Shown here: positions 1 to 9,945 of the stretch, piece by piece
How positions within the stretch are numbered: the stretch's first letter is position 1
How the letters are laid out: the number at the start of each line of letters is the position of its first letter
Origin: an uncultured Actinomycetes bacterium
Lineage (GTDB): Bacteria > Actinomycetota > Thermoleophilia > RBG-16-64-13
Reading direction: 5' to 3'
Length of the DNA: 64,000 bases
Assembly: GCA_963706025.1 (NCBI GenBank)
Contig: CAVPLM010000003.1
Coordinates: 32,001 to 96,000 of the forward strand
Program-made: the position numbers and the translations under genes
The notes under the pieces: model-generated
Databases searched by the model: none
The model's input: only the letters and a program-made list of their open reading frames with translations
Told to the model about the DNA's origin: nothing

Positions 1-1
1 C

Positions 2-580
2 GTGGACCTCATGCGACTCCACGGCCAGATACACGAAATGCGCCAACAGCTGGGCATCTTTTCTCCCCACCACGACAGGCGAGAACGTGCCGAAGTCCGG
101 TCCTCCCAGTGCGTCGAGGCCCTCTCCAACGTCAGGGCCCGCGTCGGCACCCGCGTCGGCACCTGCGCCGGCATCTACGAGCGCGGGCCGCGGGCCGGCG
201 CCCGCCGCGAGCCCCGAAGACAACTCAAGAGAGGGTTGCGCTTCGGTCAGGCTCACCCCGAGCCGCTGCACGACAGGGCGTATGAGCGAGAAAGCAGGCA
301 CATAGAGATAGACAGACTCGGGAGCACTCGCTCGTTGGATGCGCTCCCAAGCCGAGTCGACAGCGGTGGTGACAACGACCTGCAGACGCCAGACCGCCAG
401 GTAGTGCACGGGACCGCCCACAGCCAACTCAGTGGTCACCGCTGCGGTCAAGGGAGCGAACGAATGCAATCCGTCTCCTCGAGGTTCGTGGACCCGCCCG
501 CAGACCGGACAGATGAAAAGGGCTGCCTCGTCACCGCCCTCCAGTGCTGAGTCGCAATGGTCGCAGAGCAGAGGGACCAA
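2..580 (-). CDS. Zinc-ribbon protein of unknown function, partial (runs off the left edge)
   Basis: Not in the ORF track. Manual translation from TTG at 580: LVPLLCDHCDSALEGGDEAALFICPVCGRVHEP...YLAVWRLQV...YLYVPAFSL, open to the window edge. Two CxxC motifs; starts 2 nt after the stop of the upstream zinc-ribbon gene. Confidence 0.65.
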   Translation of the reverse strand, partial: MVPLLCDHCDSALEGGDEAALFICPVCGRVHEPRGDGLHSFAPLTAAVTTELAVGGPVHYLAVWRLQVVVTTAVDSAWERIQRASAPESVYLYVPAFSLIRPVVQRLGVSLTEAQPSLELSSGLAAGAGPRPALVDAGAGADAGADAGPDVGEGLDALGGPDFGTFSPVVVGRKDAQLLAHFVYLAVESHEVH

Positions 581-581
581 G

Positions 582-1739
582 TCAGCTGGAGAAAGGCTCG
601 TGGTACTCCACCTCCCTCTGCAGTCGGAACCGCCACACCAGAAGTATCGCCAGCACAGACACTATCACGGCACCGACCATCGTTGGCGCCGGTGCAGCTT
701 CCCCGGACGAACCAAGCCACAACAGGAGGGCGGCCAAGCTCGCCAGAACCAAGACCTGCATCACCAGGACCGTCACCCGTGCCCGATTGTCAACCGGGAC
801 CTTGGCCGAATTGACAATCCCATCCCGACCGTTGATCACGATCCGGTAGGAACGGTTCCCATCCTGATACCGCAGTAACCATAGAGGGTAGTAGAGCAGC
901 GCGGTCGACTCCCGGAGAGCGAACACGTGGCTGTCCGGAGACTCCGCTCCGGACATGGGGAGCAGCGCGGCTTTCCTCCCCGCCTCGGCCACCTGGTCGG
1001 CCGTGCCCTCCGCGTCCAAGACAGTGGCCGACGGATCGAGCTCCCCGGCTAGGAGGGGAAGCATCAGCTCCCGCCCGGTGATCCGCGGCCGAGTGGCTCC
1101 GAGCGCCGCCAGGTCGGTGGCTGCTTCGTACAATCGTCGCTCCTGCAGACACGGCGCTTCGACCCCTTCGCGCTCCAACTTCAGGTCCAGTCGCTCGCTC
1201 TTCTCGTCGCCCACCAACTCGTATCGGGTGCGAAGCCTGTGACCGAACTCCCAGCCCGCGATCAGAGCCTTGTGCTCCCAGATCGGAGCGTAGACCAGTC
1301 GAGCCTCGGCAAGAGACGACTCGCGAGCCCGCCTGGCTATCCCGGGATGCTCTTTGAGCCAAACGGCTGCCGCAGCCATAGCCTCGAGCCGATCCACCCG
1401 GGCTGGGAAGTACCAGCGGGAGAACCCGCCATTCTCTTTCACCGCCACCCGCACTCCGCAGTGACCGCAGACAAGTACCCGCCGACCTTCTCGTGCGCTG
1501 AGGGGACCGGCGCACTGCGGGCACCGGACGGAGCGCAGCACCTGCTCGTCCGCATCTGCCGGAGGAGCAGGGGCGGCCTGGAGGGCGCCCGGCGCCCTCC
1601 AGGCCCCCCCGGGTGTCTCCCGAGTCAGAGTCGACCCACAGGAGGCGCAGACCGCCATATCGGCGTAGGCCGGCAACCGCACGGGTGCGCCGCACTGGGG
1701 GCAACTGTACTCAGTACTGATGTTGGCCGTTGCATCCAT
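582..1739 (-). CDS. Double zinc-ribbon membrane protein
   Basis: Two CPxCG...CxxCG ribbons at the N-terminus (CPQCGA/CASCGS, CPQCAG/CGHCGV), YxPxW motifs and two C-terminal hydrophobic helices. Confidence 0.8.
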   Translation of the reverse strand: MDATANISTEYSCPQCGAPVRLPAYADMAVCASCGSTLTRETPGGAWRAPGALQAAPAPPADADEQVLRSVRCPQCAGPLSAREGRRVLVCGHCGVRVAVKENGGFSRWYFPARVDRLEAMAAAAVWLKEHPGIARRARESSLAEARLVYAPIWEHKALIAGWEFGHRLRTRYELVGDEKSERLDLKLEREGVEAPCLQERRLYEAATDLAALGATRPRITGRELMLPLLAGELDPSATVLDAEGTADQVAEAGRKAALLPMSGAESPDSHVFALRESTALLYYPLWLLRYQDGNRSYRIVINGRDGIVNSAKVPVDNRARVTVLVMQVLVLASLAALLLWLGSSGEAAPAPTMVGAVIVSVLAILLVWRFRLQREVEYHEPFSS

Positions 1740-1759
1740 CGTCCTGCTAATCTATCGCC

Positions 1760-2633
1760 GTGCTTGCTCCCGACCTTGAATCCCGTCGCGCCGCCCCCCG
1801 GGTGATCGCCGCCGATCTCGACGGTACCCTGCTGCCGTTGCTGCTGGACGGCACCCAGGCGCTCACTCCCCTTACCGTCAGGACAGTGAGGGCGCTCGAC
1901 CGTGCCGGCATCGGCACCATCTTGGTGACCGGCCGGATGTTCCGCTCGGCGGCCCGCTATGCCCGGGATCTGGGTCTGGACGGCCCGGTGGCCGCGTATC
2001 AGGGCGCTCTCATCCGCGAGGTGGGCACGGGCCGTCTGCTGCACCACGATCCCCTGTCCGTGGAGCTTGCCCTGGAGGTCCTCAGTCTCCTCGAGCCTCT
2101 CGGACATCCCGTGAATCTCTATATCGAGGACGAACTGTACGTGGCCAGAAGGACCGAGGAGGTCGAACGTTACGAACGCCTTTCGGGCATGAAGCCGAAC
2201 GTGGTCGGAACACTGAGCAGCTTTCTGGACCGGCCCGCCACCAAGATCGGCGTGGGCGGTGACCCCGCCGTTATCGACGAACTGCTCGCCCGCCTGCAGG
2301 CCCATTTCGGAAGACGCCTCATCGTCGTCAAGACCTGGCCGTTCTTCCTCGAGATGACCAGCCCGACGGCCACGAAGGCCCGAGCGCTTCAGATCCTGGG
2401 CGAACGCCTGGGTTTCGCTGCGCGCGACGTGCTGGCCTTCGGTGACTCCTACAACGACGCCGATATGCTCGCCTGGGCGGGTACGGGTGTGGCCATGCGG
2501 GGAGCGCCCCCGGAAGTTGTCGCCGCGGCCGATTTCGTATGCGATCCGGTCGAAGAAGACGGGTTCGCCCACTATCTCATGAGCCAGCCCTGGTTCCCGG
2601 CCAGAGGAGCCCCCGGCGGAGGAAGCTATCTAG
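1760..2633 (+). CDS. Cof-type HAD-IIB family hydrolase (probable +1 insertion near 2600)
   Basis: DLDGTLL, VTGR, K and FGDSYNDADML HAD motifs. Removing one base near 2600 gives the end PPEEPPAEEAI with TAG at 2631-2633, overlapping the stop of the convergent gene. The ORF-track extension to 2866 is probably artefactual. Confidence 0.9.
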
Positions 2634-3775
2634 GCATACCTCAGCACCCCGGCCACGCCTCCCAACTCCTCGAGCACCGGGATGTTCTCGCCCACCTCCA
2701 CTTGGCCGTTCTGCAGGATCGCCAGCCGCACTATCTCGCCGACGGCGTCGGCGACAGGCACCGTGCCTCCACCGCACACCGGGCAGCGCTTGGCCTCGGT
2801 GAGACCCACCCAGGTGCATTCCAGGCAACTCCAGCCGGGCGCCCTGTAGTTGCGGTCGACGAGTAGGGTCTGCACCTGGTGACGTCCCAAGGCGCCCAGC
2901 ACGTCGTCGAAGCCGGAGACGCCCCTGCCTCCACCGCCTAAGCCCTCCTTGATGCGCGCCGCCAGGTCCACCATCTCCTCGTGCCGAGCCTTCTCCACCG
3001 CCTCTCGAGCGCTCACCAGCATCTGCCCGATGGTAGCGGCCGCATCGAAGGGGATCTCGGCCACGATCTTGGCCGATACCGCAGCCGGAAGCGTGCGCCG
3101 GAAAGCGCTCGCGATGTCGTGCTGCGCGCACAGCGCCACCCGGCTCACCCCGGAGCTCTCGAGTAGCTTGGCCAGCGCGCTCCCGACTTCTTTGTAGTGC
3201 AGATCGACCAACGCGCCCTGGCGGGCCGCCGCATAGTATTCCTTGATCGATACTTCACCGCTCTCGCGATCGCTGCTCCGCAACCAGGGACCGGTAAGGT
3301 CGTCCTCTTTGGCGACCCCCCATTCATCCATCAGATACAGGCTGGACTCGTCCCGGCTCACGCGGGCCACCACAAACGGTTCGAGCAGAGAAAGAGCATG
3401 GGCCACCGGCCGCACGTACGGCGACGGTTCGATCACCAGCCGGTTGACCAGACGGAAAGGGAGTTCGATCCGCTCGTAGTAGTGGGCTCCCCCATCGACG
3501 AACAACGCCAGGCCTTGGGTCGTGGAGGTCACGTCGTACTTGAGCACATCGAGCACGTACTCCAGATCGCTTTCAAGAAGGCGCTTCCCTTCTTTGGAAG
3601 TGGCGTGCTCTTTGGTGATGCGGTTGAACTCGCTGTTGAGAAAGGTCGGGGCGAACTGGCGCCAATCATCCAGGCGACTCGTGGAGAGGGTGACGGTGAG
3701 AAATACCTCTCGAGACGCCCGCGCCCCGGCCAACCTCTTCAACTTCTCCTTGGCCACTGACGCGCTTTCGATCAT
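2630..3775 (-). CDS. Bacterial aeRF1/pelota-like (baeRF) protein without GGQ, with C-terminal Zn ribbon
   Basis: GLALFVDG and LVIEPSPYVRP in the N-domain; eRF1 domain-3-like GFDDVLGAL...VQTLLV; CLEC/CPVC insert; C-terminal LGGVAGVLRY. Confidence 0.8.
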   Translation of the reverse strand: MIESASVAKEKLKRLAGARASREVFLTVTLSTSRLDDWRQFAPTFLNSEFNRITKEHATSKEGKRLLESDLEYVLDVLKYDVTSTTQGLALFVDGGAHYYERIELPFRLVNRLVIEPSPYVRPVAHALSLLEPFVVARVSRDESSLYLMDEWGVAKEDDLTGPWLRSSDRESGEVSIKEYYAAARQGALVDLHYKEVGSALAKLLESSGVSRVALCAQHDIASAFRRTLPAAVSAKIVAEIPFDAAATIGQMLVSAREAVEKARHEEMVDLAARIKEGLGGGGRGVSGFDDVLGALGRHQVQTLLVDRNYRAPGWSCLECTWVGLTEAKRCPVCGGGTVPVADAVGEIVRLAILQNGQVEVGENIPVLEELGGVAGVLRYA

Positions 3776-4068
3776 GAGGCACCGCCTTTGCCTCGGTCCT
3801 CTGGCTCCGCCGGCTCGGACTTGCCCTGCTCAGCCGTCTCTTGCTTGGCCCGCTCTGCCGCCTGCGCGGCCTGCTGGTCGTGGAGAGCCTGCTCTCTCCG
3901 CCACCGTTCCTCCCGCTCGCGGAACTTGTCCACCAGGGCGGACTTCCCCTTGTCTCGGGTGGGATCCGCCATATTCAACGTGCCTGGATCGGAAAGCGCC
4001 GCCTCCATCTTCTGGGTGGGAGTAAGTGGGCGCTCCCTGCCGGAGCGCTCGACCTTCTTATCGGCCAT
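3772..4068 (-). CDS. Small charged hypothetical protein (98 aa)
   Basis: ATG at 4068 after AAAGGGGA RBS; its stop overlaps the start of the baeRF gene (ATGA). Confidence 0.6.
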   Translation of the reverse strand: MADKKVERSGRERPLTPTQKMEAALSDPGTLNMADPTRDKGKSALVDKFREREERWRREQALHDQQAAQAAERAKQETAEQGKSEPAEPEDRGKGGAS

Positions 4069-4213
4069 CGTGTCCCCTTTCCGTGCGTAGAAAGCGCGGC
4101 CTGTGGTCGCGGGGCTGTGGTTGGTTACTACCCATAGCCGAAAGAGACCTAAACGGCGGCAGGGGGAGCGCGTCCTCCCCGCGCGAGGCCTCTCCGTGGC
4201 GAATGAAGCGCCC

Positions 4214-4253
4214 GCGGAGGACAAGGCGCGTTGCGGAGGACAAGGCGCGTTGC
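4214..4253. repeat. Perfect 19-bp tandem duplication GCGGAGGACAAGGCGCGTT x2 in a divergent intergenic region
   Basis: Copies at 4214-4232 and 4233-4251, read directly. Confidence 0.9.
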
Positions 4254-4369
4254 CATTCAAGCCGCCCCGTCCCCCGCGACCGGCGTCCGTTGATCCTGTT
4301 TGTCTTGCTACCCCGGTTGGGGATATTGTGGAAACGACAAGCCCCGAGGCGAATGGAGGAACTCTCTCC

Positions 4370-6851
4370 ATGGAAGACTTTGAGAAGCTGGGCGCGTTCT
4401 ATCTTGGCCGCGAATACGACCTCTCCACGAAAGAGATGGGTGGCCTCCTCCTGTACGACTCGAAAGATCTGGTCACTCACGGTGTGTGCGTGGGCATGAC
4501 GGGGAGCGGCAAGACAGGCCTTTGCATCGGCCTGCTGGAAGAAGCCGCCATCGACGGAGTCCCCTCGATAGTCATCGACCCGAAGGGAGACCTGGCCGAC
4601 CTGATGCTCACCTTCCCCGAGCTCCGTCCCGAGGACTTCCGCCCCTGGGTCAGCCAAGAAGAGGCGGCCAAGAAGAGCCTCTCCATCGATGATTTCGCCA
4701 CGCAGCAGGCCGAGATGTGGAAGAAGGGGCTTGCCGACTGGGGGCAGGATCCAGGCAGGATCCAACGCCTGAAAGACGCTGCCGATTTCACCATCTACAC
4801 CCCCGGCTCCAACGCCGGGCTGCCGGTGAGCATCCTCAAGTCATTTGCCGCCCCCTCGCCGGCCGTTCGGGCCGATGACGAGGCGCTCCGGGACCGCATC
4901 AACACGGCGGTGACCAGCATCCTGGGTCTGGTGGGCGTGACGGCAGATCCTATCCAGAGCCGGGAGCACATCCTGCTCTCGAGCTTGTTCTATTCGGTCT
5001 GGTCGGCCGGCCAAGACCTGGACCTTGCCGGTCTGATCCAGCAGATCCAGAAACCACCTTTCACCCGGGTGGGCGTTCTCGACCTGGATTCTTTCTATCC
5101 GGCCAAGGAACGCTTCGAGCTGGCCATGCTGCTCAACAACCTGCTTGCGGCTCCGACCTTCCAGACCTGGCTGGAGGGAGACGCGCTCGACATCGGTCAG
5201 ATGCTGTTCACCAGCGAGGGAAGACCTCGGGTCTCTATCTTCTCGATCGCACACCTCTCCGACACGGAACGCATGTTCTTCGTGTCACTGCTCTTGAACG
5301 AGGTGCTGGGTTGGGTGCGGGCGCAGCAGGGCACGGGTAGCCTGCGGGCCATCATCTACATGGACGAGATCTTCGGCTTCTTCCCTCCGGTCGCCGAACC
5401 GCCTTCCAAACGTCCCCTCTTGACCCTGCTCAAGCAGGCCCGAGCCTTCGGGGTGGGGATCCTGCTGGCCACGCAGAACCCGGTGGATCTCGACTACAAG
5501 GGCCTCGCGAACGCCGGGACGTGGTTCATCGGCCGTCTGCAGACAGAACGCGACAAGGCCCGCCTGCTCGAGGGTCTGGAGGGCGTGGCCGCGGGTTCTG
5601 AGAGCAAGTTCGACCGCCAGAAGATGGAAGAGACCCTGGCCGGCCTCGGAAAGCGCGTCTTCCTCATGTACAACGTGCACGAGGACGCCCCGGTGGTGTT
5701 CCAGACCCGTTGGGCGCTGTCTTACCTGCCCGGCCCGCTGACGCGGGCCCAGATCAAGACCCTCATGGACCCGCGCCGGCCGGTGGCGGCCCCAGCCGGC
5801 TGCGCCCCAGCCAGCAGTTCCCCAGGCCGCGCCCGGACCGGCGACGGGAGCCGGGGTACCCCCGGCGGCCGCGGCGGCCGCGGGGCCGGCCGCGACGAAC
5901 GAACCGCCGGCACTGCCTCCCGAGATCCCGCAGTTCTACTTGCCGCTTCGCGGCGCCACCCCGCCCAGCCCCGACCTGGTCTACCGGGCCGGCGTCATTA
6001 CCGCTGCCACCGTCAACTTCGTGAGCACCGGGAGTGGGGCGAGCACCTCCACCAAGATCCGACGCATCGCCTCGGCCCCCGAGAGCGCTCTGGCGCTCGA
6101 CTGGGATGCCGCTGCGGTACTCGAATCGCCCCTAGAGGATCTCGACCGGCTGCCCTATCCCGGAGCCGCTTTTGCGGAACTGCCTCCCGCCATGACCAAG
6201 CTGACCTCCTACCGCTCCTGGGAATCGGATTTCAAGGCCTGGGCCTTCCGCACGCAGGCAGCGGAGGTGTTCAAGAGTCCCGGTCTCAAGATGACTTCCA
6301 ACCCTGGGGAGACCGAAGGGGAGTTCCGAACTCGGCTCCAGCTGGCCGCTCGGGAGACACGAGACGACCTCAGCGAGAAGCTACGCCAGAAGTATGCCGC
6401 CAAGACGGCGACCCTCAAGCAGCAGGAGCTGCGCGCAGAGCAGGCGGTCGACCGGGAGGCCGAACAGTCCAAGGGCCGCAAGATGCAAACGGCCATCTCG
6501 TTCGGATCCACCATCCTGGGAGCCTTCTTGGGACGTAAGGCCCTCAGCACGAGCACTTTGGGCCGGGCCACCACGACCATGCGTGACGTGGGTCGTAGCC
6601 TCGACGAGAGCGGCGATGTCAAACGGGCCGAGGAGACACTGGTTGCAGTCAAGCAGAAGCAGGCCGACCTCGAAGCTGAGTTCCAGGCGGAACTCGATGG
6701 CCTCGAAGCCCAGATCGACCCGATGGCGGAGCCCCTGGACAAGATACTGATGCGACCGCGCAAGAGCGACATCACTGTGGATTCCCTGGGGCTCGTCTGG
6801 ATGCCCTATTGGCGAGACGTAACCGGTTCACTGACGAGCGCCTGGGGATAG
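4370..6851 (+). CDS. HerA/FtsK-like (DUF87-type) P-loop ATPase with C-terminal coiled coil (+1 insertion near 5798)
   Basis: Walker [15 protein letters not shown], Walker [19 protein letters not shown]. Continues through an Ala/Pro linker into ORF 5940-6851. GGAGG RBS before ATG 4370. Confidence 0.85.
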
Positions 6852-6888
6852 CGCGAAAAGAGGTCCACCAGACCGTTACCGAGGAGGA

Positions 6889-7344
6889 ATGAGTATGCTC
6901 AAGGAGTTCAGGGCGTTCATCGAGCGAGGCAACCTGCTGCAGTTGGCCGTCGCGTTCATCATGGGCGTCGCCTTCGCCGCGGTGATCGTCTCGTTGGTGA
7001 ACGACATCATCATGCCGGCCATAGGCTATGCACTGGGAGGAGTGGACTTCACCAGTCTGTTCGCGGTGATAAAGGAAGGCGACCCCGCCGGGCCGTACAA
7101 CACCGTCGCTCAGGCCAAGGAAGCCGGTGCCGTCACCATCAACTACGGTATCTTCATCAACACGATCATCGTGTTCATCATCGTCGCCCTGGTCCTGTTC
7201 TTGATCGTCAAGGCCTACATGAAGACCCAGAAACCGGCCGAAGAGGCCAACAAAGACTGCCCCTTCTGCTTCACCTCCATCCCGATCGCGGCCGTGCGCT
7301 GCCCGAACTGCACCTCGGAGCTTCCTGCCGGCGTCAAGACGTGA
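6889..7344 (+). CDS. mscL: Large-conductance mechanosensitive channel with C-terminal CxxC-x10-CxxC tail
   Basis: MLKEFRAFIERGNLLQLAVAFIMG, SLVNDIIMP, YGIFINTIIVF; GAGGAGG RBS. Confidence 0.95.
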   Translation: MSMLKEFRAFIERGNLLQLAVAFIMGVAFAAVIVSLVNDIIMPAIGYALGGVDFTSLFAVIKEGDPAGPYNTVAQAKEAGAVTINYGIFINTIIVFIIVALVLFLIVKAYMKTQKPAEEANKDCPFCFTSIPIAAVRCPNCTSELPAGVKT

Positions 7345-7394
7345 CCCTGGAGACGTGACCGGCGCCGGTCGCCGGATCTGACAGCCACCACAGC

Positions 7395-7430
7395 CGGGGC
7401 GGGGCGCGGAGCGCCCCGCCCCGCTCTTCC
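7395..7430 (+). terminator. GC-rich hairpin downstream of mscL
   Basis: 13-bp stem CGGGGCGGGGCGC-GGA-GCGCCCCGCCCCG followed by CTCTTCC. Confidence 0.6.
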
Positions 7431-7486
7431 CCCGGGCCCCGGCCCGAGAGTCCGGTCGGCAGGCTGCGGCTATACTCTCCGCCACC

Positions 7487-9945
7487 ATGGCTCAGCACCC
7501 TCCCACTCAGGACCACGTCTTCTTCGCCACCTGCCCGCGAAACACGGAGGGGTTGCTGCTCGATGAACTGCGAGCGCTCGGAGCGATCAGCGCTGTGGAG
7601 ACACGGGCCGGGGTCATCGTTCACCGGGCCGCTCGCACTGGCCTATCGCGCCTGCCTATGGTCCCGGATCGCAAGCCGGGTGCTCATGCGGATGGTCTCC
7701 TTTCCCGCCTCCAGTGCGGACGACCTCTACGAAGGGATCTCGGTGGTCCCTTGGGAGGATCACCTCGACCCCCGAGGGACGCTGGCAGTCGAAGTCACCT
7801 CCACCATCCGGCAGGGACCGCTCGCCCAGCTCAACACCCACTTCGCCGAGCAGCGCGTCAAGGACGCCGTGGTCGACCGTTTCCGCGCAAAGACCGGGAC
7901 GCGACCGGGAGTGGACCTGGCTCGGCCTGACGTCCGCATCAATCTCCACCTGACCCCGGCTGAGACCATCGTCAGTCTCGACCTGTCAGGAGACGGACTC
8001 CATAGGCGCGGCTACCGCATGGGGACCGGTGAAGCCCCCCTCAAGGAGAACCTCGCTGCCGCCGTCCTGATGCGAGCCGGGTGGCCGCGCATCGCCGCCG
8101 GCGGCGGGTCGTTGCTCGACCCCCTGTGCGGCTCGGGCACGCTGCTCATCGAGGGGGCGCTGCTGGCCGGTGACGCGGCCCCCGGTCTGCGGCGTGACTA
8201 CTTCGGTTTCCTGGGATGGAAAGCATTCGATCCCCGGAGCTGGCGGGACCTCCTCGAGGAGGCTGAAGAGCGCCGGGAGCTGGGCCTCCAGCGCCTGCCG
8301 GCCTTCCTGGGTTTCGACCACGACACGAGGGCGATCGGCGCCGCCCGCGCGAACGCCCGTAGGGCCGGACTCGCCGGCCGTGTCATGTTCGAGCGTCGTG
8401 AACTCGCCGCGCTGACCGTCCCTCACCGAGAAGACACGTCGCCCACATCCCTGTCCTTGTCGCCGGCACCCCCGGGCCTGGTGATCGCCAACCCCCCCTA
8501 CGGCAAGCGACTCGGTGATGTGCCGGAACTCGTAGAGCTCTACGAGACGCTGGGGGAGAGGTTGAAGACCTCATTCTCCGGATGGGAGGCGGCCGTCTTC
8601 ACGGGGAACCCGGAGTTGGGTGCCCATCTCGGTCTTCGCGCTCACCGCACCAACGTCTTGTACAACGGCCCGCTCCCCTGCCGCGTGCTGCTGTTTCACA
8701 TCGATCCCGCGGGTTACCAGGTTCCCGTCCGCAGCCGACGCGGTTCACACGCCGCCACGGATCCCAGCGGACCCGAGACTCCTGCCGGAGGTGACACCGG
8801 GCACGGCCCCGCGACCGTCGCCGCGGAGGAGTCGCGAAGGCTTGTATCACGCAGCCGCAGCGGCGATACCTCCGGTGCCGTCATGTTCGCGAACCGCCTC
8901 CGCAAGAACCTGAAACACCTCAGACGCTGGGCGGTCCGAGAGAACATCCACTGCTATCGTCTCTACGACGCCGACCTGCCCGAGTATGCAGTCGCCATCG
9001 ACCTGTATCACGATCAGGCCCACGTGCAGGAGTACGCTCCCCCAGACACCGTCGATCCTGTCCGCGCTCGCCGCCGGCTCCGGGACATCATGGCCGTCGT
9101 TCCCGAAGTGCTGGAGATACCACCTGATCACGTGGTCCTCAAGACCCGCCGGCCCCAGCGGGGAGCCGATCAGTATCAGAAGCTGGGTGACGAAGGCAGC
9201 CTCCTAGAGGTAGAGGAGGGTGGCCTTCGCTTCCTGGTCAACCTCACCGATTACCTCGATACCGGCCTGTTTCTCGATCACCGGCTCACCCGGAAGCTGA
9301 TCCGCGACCTGGCTCCCGGCCGGCGCTTTCTCAATCTCTTCGCCTACACCGGTTCCGCCAGCGTCTACGCAGCCGCCGGTGGAGCAGCCTCCACTACCAC
9401 CGTCGATCTCTCGATCACCTACCTGGACTGGGCCCGCCGCAATCTGGATATCAACGGTTTCTCGGGACCCGAACACGGCTTCGTCCGGGCGGACTGCCTG
9501 GAGTGGCTGGCGCAGGCGGGCGCGGCCCGCCGGCCCGGCGCCGGCCCGCCCGGCGCCGGCCCCTACGACCTTATATTCCTCGACTCCCCCACCTTCTCGA
9601 ACTCCAAGAGCATGAACGCCACCTTAGACGTCCAGCGCGACCACCCCTGGCTCATCAGAAGCCGCCGCGGGCCTCCTCTCGCCGGACGGTATCCTGCTGT
9701 TCTCCACCAATTACCGCCACTTCAAGCTGGATCCAGGGGTGGCTGAAGAATATGAGGTGACCGACATCACCAAAAAGACGATCCCGCCTGATTTTGCCCG
9801 GAATCCCCGCATCCACGTCTGTCTCGACATCGCCCTGGCTACGTCTCGGCGCTCGGATCCGGCAGCCCGGACAGCGACCGGGTCCCGTACCGGGCCGGCC
9901 ACCGGGCAGACCATCAAGCCGGCCGGAGGTCGCGGTGCCGGCTGA
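7487..9945 (+). CDS. rlmKL: Bifunctional 23S rRNA methyltransferase RlmK/RlmL (+1 insertions near 7616 and 9660)
   Basis: THUMP region, LHRRGYR, APLKENLAAA, DPLCGSGT, NPPYG, MFANRLRKN, YRLYDADLPEY, DYLDTGLFLDHR, FLNLFAYTG, DVQRDH, and after the shift IPPDFARNPRIH. Confidence 0.93.

Noticed and set aside
2634-2866. Apparent 237-nt antisense overlap of the HAD hydrolase with the baeRF gene
   Set aside because: Deleting one base near 2600 gives a natural stop at 2631-2633; the extension is a shadow of the opposite gene.
4370-6851. HerA-based anti-phage system
   Set aside because: No adjacent Sir2, DUF4297 or nuclease effector gene, and the context is housekeeping.
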